Source: Pseudomonadota bacterium (GTDB lineage: Bacteria; UBA10199; 2-02-FULL-44-16; JAAZCA01). Taken from it: a stretch of 24,944 bases of DNA. Shown one piece after another: positions 24,229 through 24,944 of the stretch (positions are counted from its first letter, which is position 1; each line of letters opens with the position of its first letter). The notes under the pieces were generated by a model that worked only from the letters and a program-made list of their open reading frames with translations, was not told the origin of the DNA and ran no database searches. Both the position numbers and the translations under genes were made by a program. The stretch lies in assembly GCA_043822785.1 (NCBI GenBank), contig JBDRBN010000085.1:1-24944 (forward strand). The letters run 5' to 3'.

Positions 24229-24257
24229 AGCATATATCACACGCAAGGGACTGACAA
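24229..24257 (-). promoter_or_regulatory. Putative sigma70 promoter with almost no leader
   Basis: TTGTCA-N17-TATGCT ending 8 nt before ATG 24220; no SD. Confidence 0.55.
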
Positions 24258-24277
24258 GGAAGTGCTGGTTCTCAGGG

Positions 24278-24361
24278 GATCCTTCGACTCCCGAGCACTC
24301 AATGCCTTGAGTGCTCGGTCGCTCAGGATGAGGAGTCGGGCAAAAGCTCCCCGACCCCTCA
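24278..24361. repeat. Modular palindromic element related to 4714-4796, in inverted orientation
   Basis: GATCCTTCGACTC[CCGAGCACTCAA-TGCC-TTGAGTGCTCGG]TCGCTCAGGATG followed by a TGAGGAGTCGGG...CCCGACCCCTCA hairpin. Confidence 0.85.
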
Positions 24362-24370
24362 AATGGCCCC

Positions 24371-24426
24371 TTGACTTTTAGGGTGCTGTACAATAACTTG
24401 CCAAATCAGCAGCACATAAGTATTAT
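24371..24426 (+). promoter_or_regulatory. Two tandem sigma70-like promoters for pal
   Basis: TTGACT-N17-TAACTT (24371-24399) and TTGCCA-N17-TATTAT (24398-24426). Confidence 0.55.
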
Positions 24427-24467
24427 TAACGATATTACGAATTTAACCTTTTTAAGGAGGGGGAATC

Positions 24468-24896
24468 ATGAAAAGAATTTCTATTCTAGTAGCCGCGGTG
24501 GTGTGCGCGTTCATGGTGTTTGGCTGCGCATCACAGCAGAAGAAGCCGAAGGCGGCAAAGGCAGCAGAAGGGCTGCAGCGCATACACTTTGATTTTGATC
24601 GCTCTTTCATCAAGCCCGAGTATGAACCTGTGCTTAAGGGTAACGCCGACTGGATGCGCGCAAACGGGAACACCAACGTGACCATCGAAGGTCACTGCGA
24701 CGAGCGCGGCTCCGTCGAGTACAACATCGCTCTCGGCGATCGCCGTGCCAATTCGGCTAAAAAGTATCTTACAAACCTCGGCATCCCGACTAGCCGTTTG
24801 TCCACCATAAGCTACGGCAAAGAGCGTCCGCTGTGCACGCAGCATGATGAAAGCTGCTGGTGGCAGAATCGCCGCGATGAGTTTGTTGCTAGATAA
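24468..24896 (+). CDS. pal: Peptidoglycan-associated lipoprotein Pal
   Basis: AAGGAGG SD, lipobox VFGC, IHFDFD, IEGHCDERGS.EYN.ALG.RRA, ISYGKERP, NRR. Confidence 0.92.
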   Translation: MKRISILVAAVVCAFMVFGCASQQKKPKAAKAAEGLQRIHFDFDRSFIKPEYEPVLKGNADWMRANGNTNVTIEGHCDERGSVEYNIALGDRRANSAKKYLTNLGIPTSRLSTISYGKERPLCTQHDESCWWQNRRDEFVAR

Positions 24897-24944
24897 TTGG
24901 ATTTAGGCATTATTCATAAAAACCCCGTCCTTCTTTAGTGGAAG

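Overview
A gene-dense chromosomal window from a Gram-negative bacterium; the gene content suggests a deltaproteobacterial-type lineage, but that is inference only. Recognisable genes: an M49/DPP III-like peptidase, a CyuA/YhaM-like Fe-S desulfidase, an OmpA-domain lipoprotein and pal, an L,D-transpeptidase, a beta-CASP nuclease, hemW, an AAA_14/DUF4143 ATPase, gdhA, thiD and thiE, a radical SAM enzyme, an alkaline-phosphatase-superfamily enzyme, a PhaR-type regulator, a PilZ protein and a pseudo-receiver. I saw no rRNA, tRNA, CRISPR array or transposase. Three things stand out. (1) A four-gene minus-strand operon (7603-4808) with no flagellar genes or parB beside it: FlhG/MinD-like ATPase, a NucS-like protein with eroded catalytic motifs and a C-terminal FliM 'EIDAL'-like peptide, a ParA-like ATPase, and an 88-aa unknown. 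(2) A family of modular, nested palindromic (REP/RPE-like) elements. Two sit in frame inside coding sequences, within the same GCAAGCAAC/GCCAGCAAC nonamer microsatellite (102 bp in thiE; 24+27 bp nested in a membrane-protein gene), and two supply stop codons. (3) Short 6-, 7- and 9-mer tandem arrays, several inverted, at gene 3' ends. Also noted: a Fis-HTH protein that keeps only the NtrC AAA+ lid, a 41-aa membrane ORF missing from the ORF track, and sigma54-like and sigma28-like promoters in front of orphan genes. All family calls come from reading motifs by eye, without database searches.
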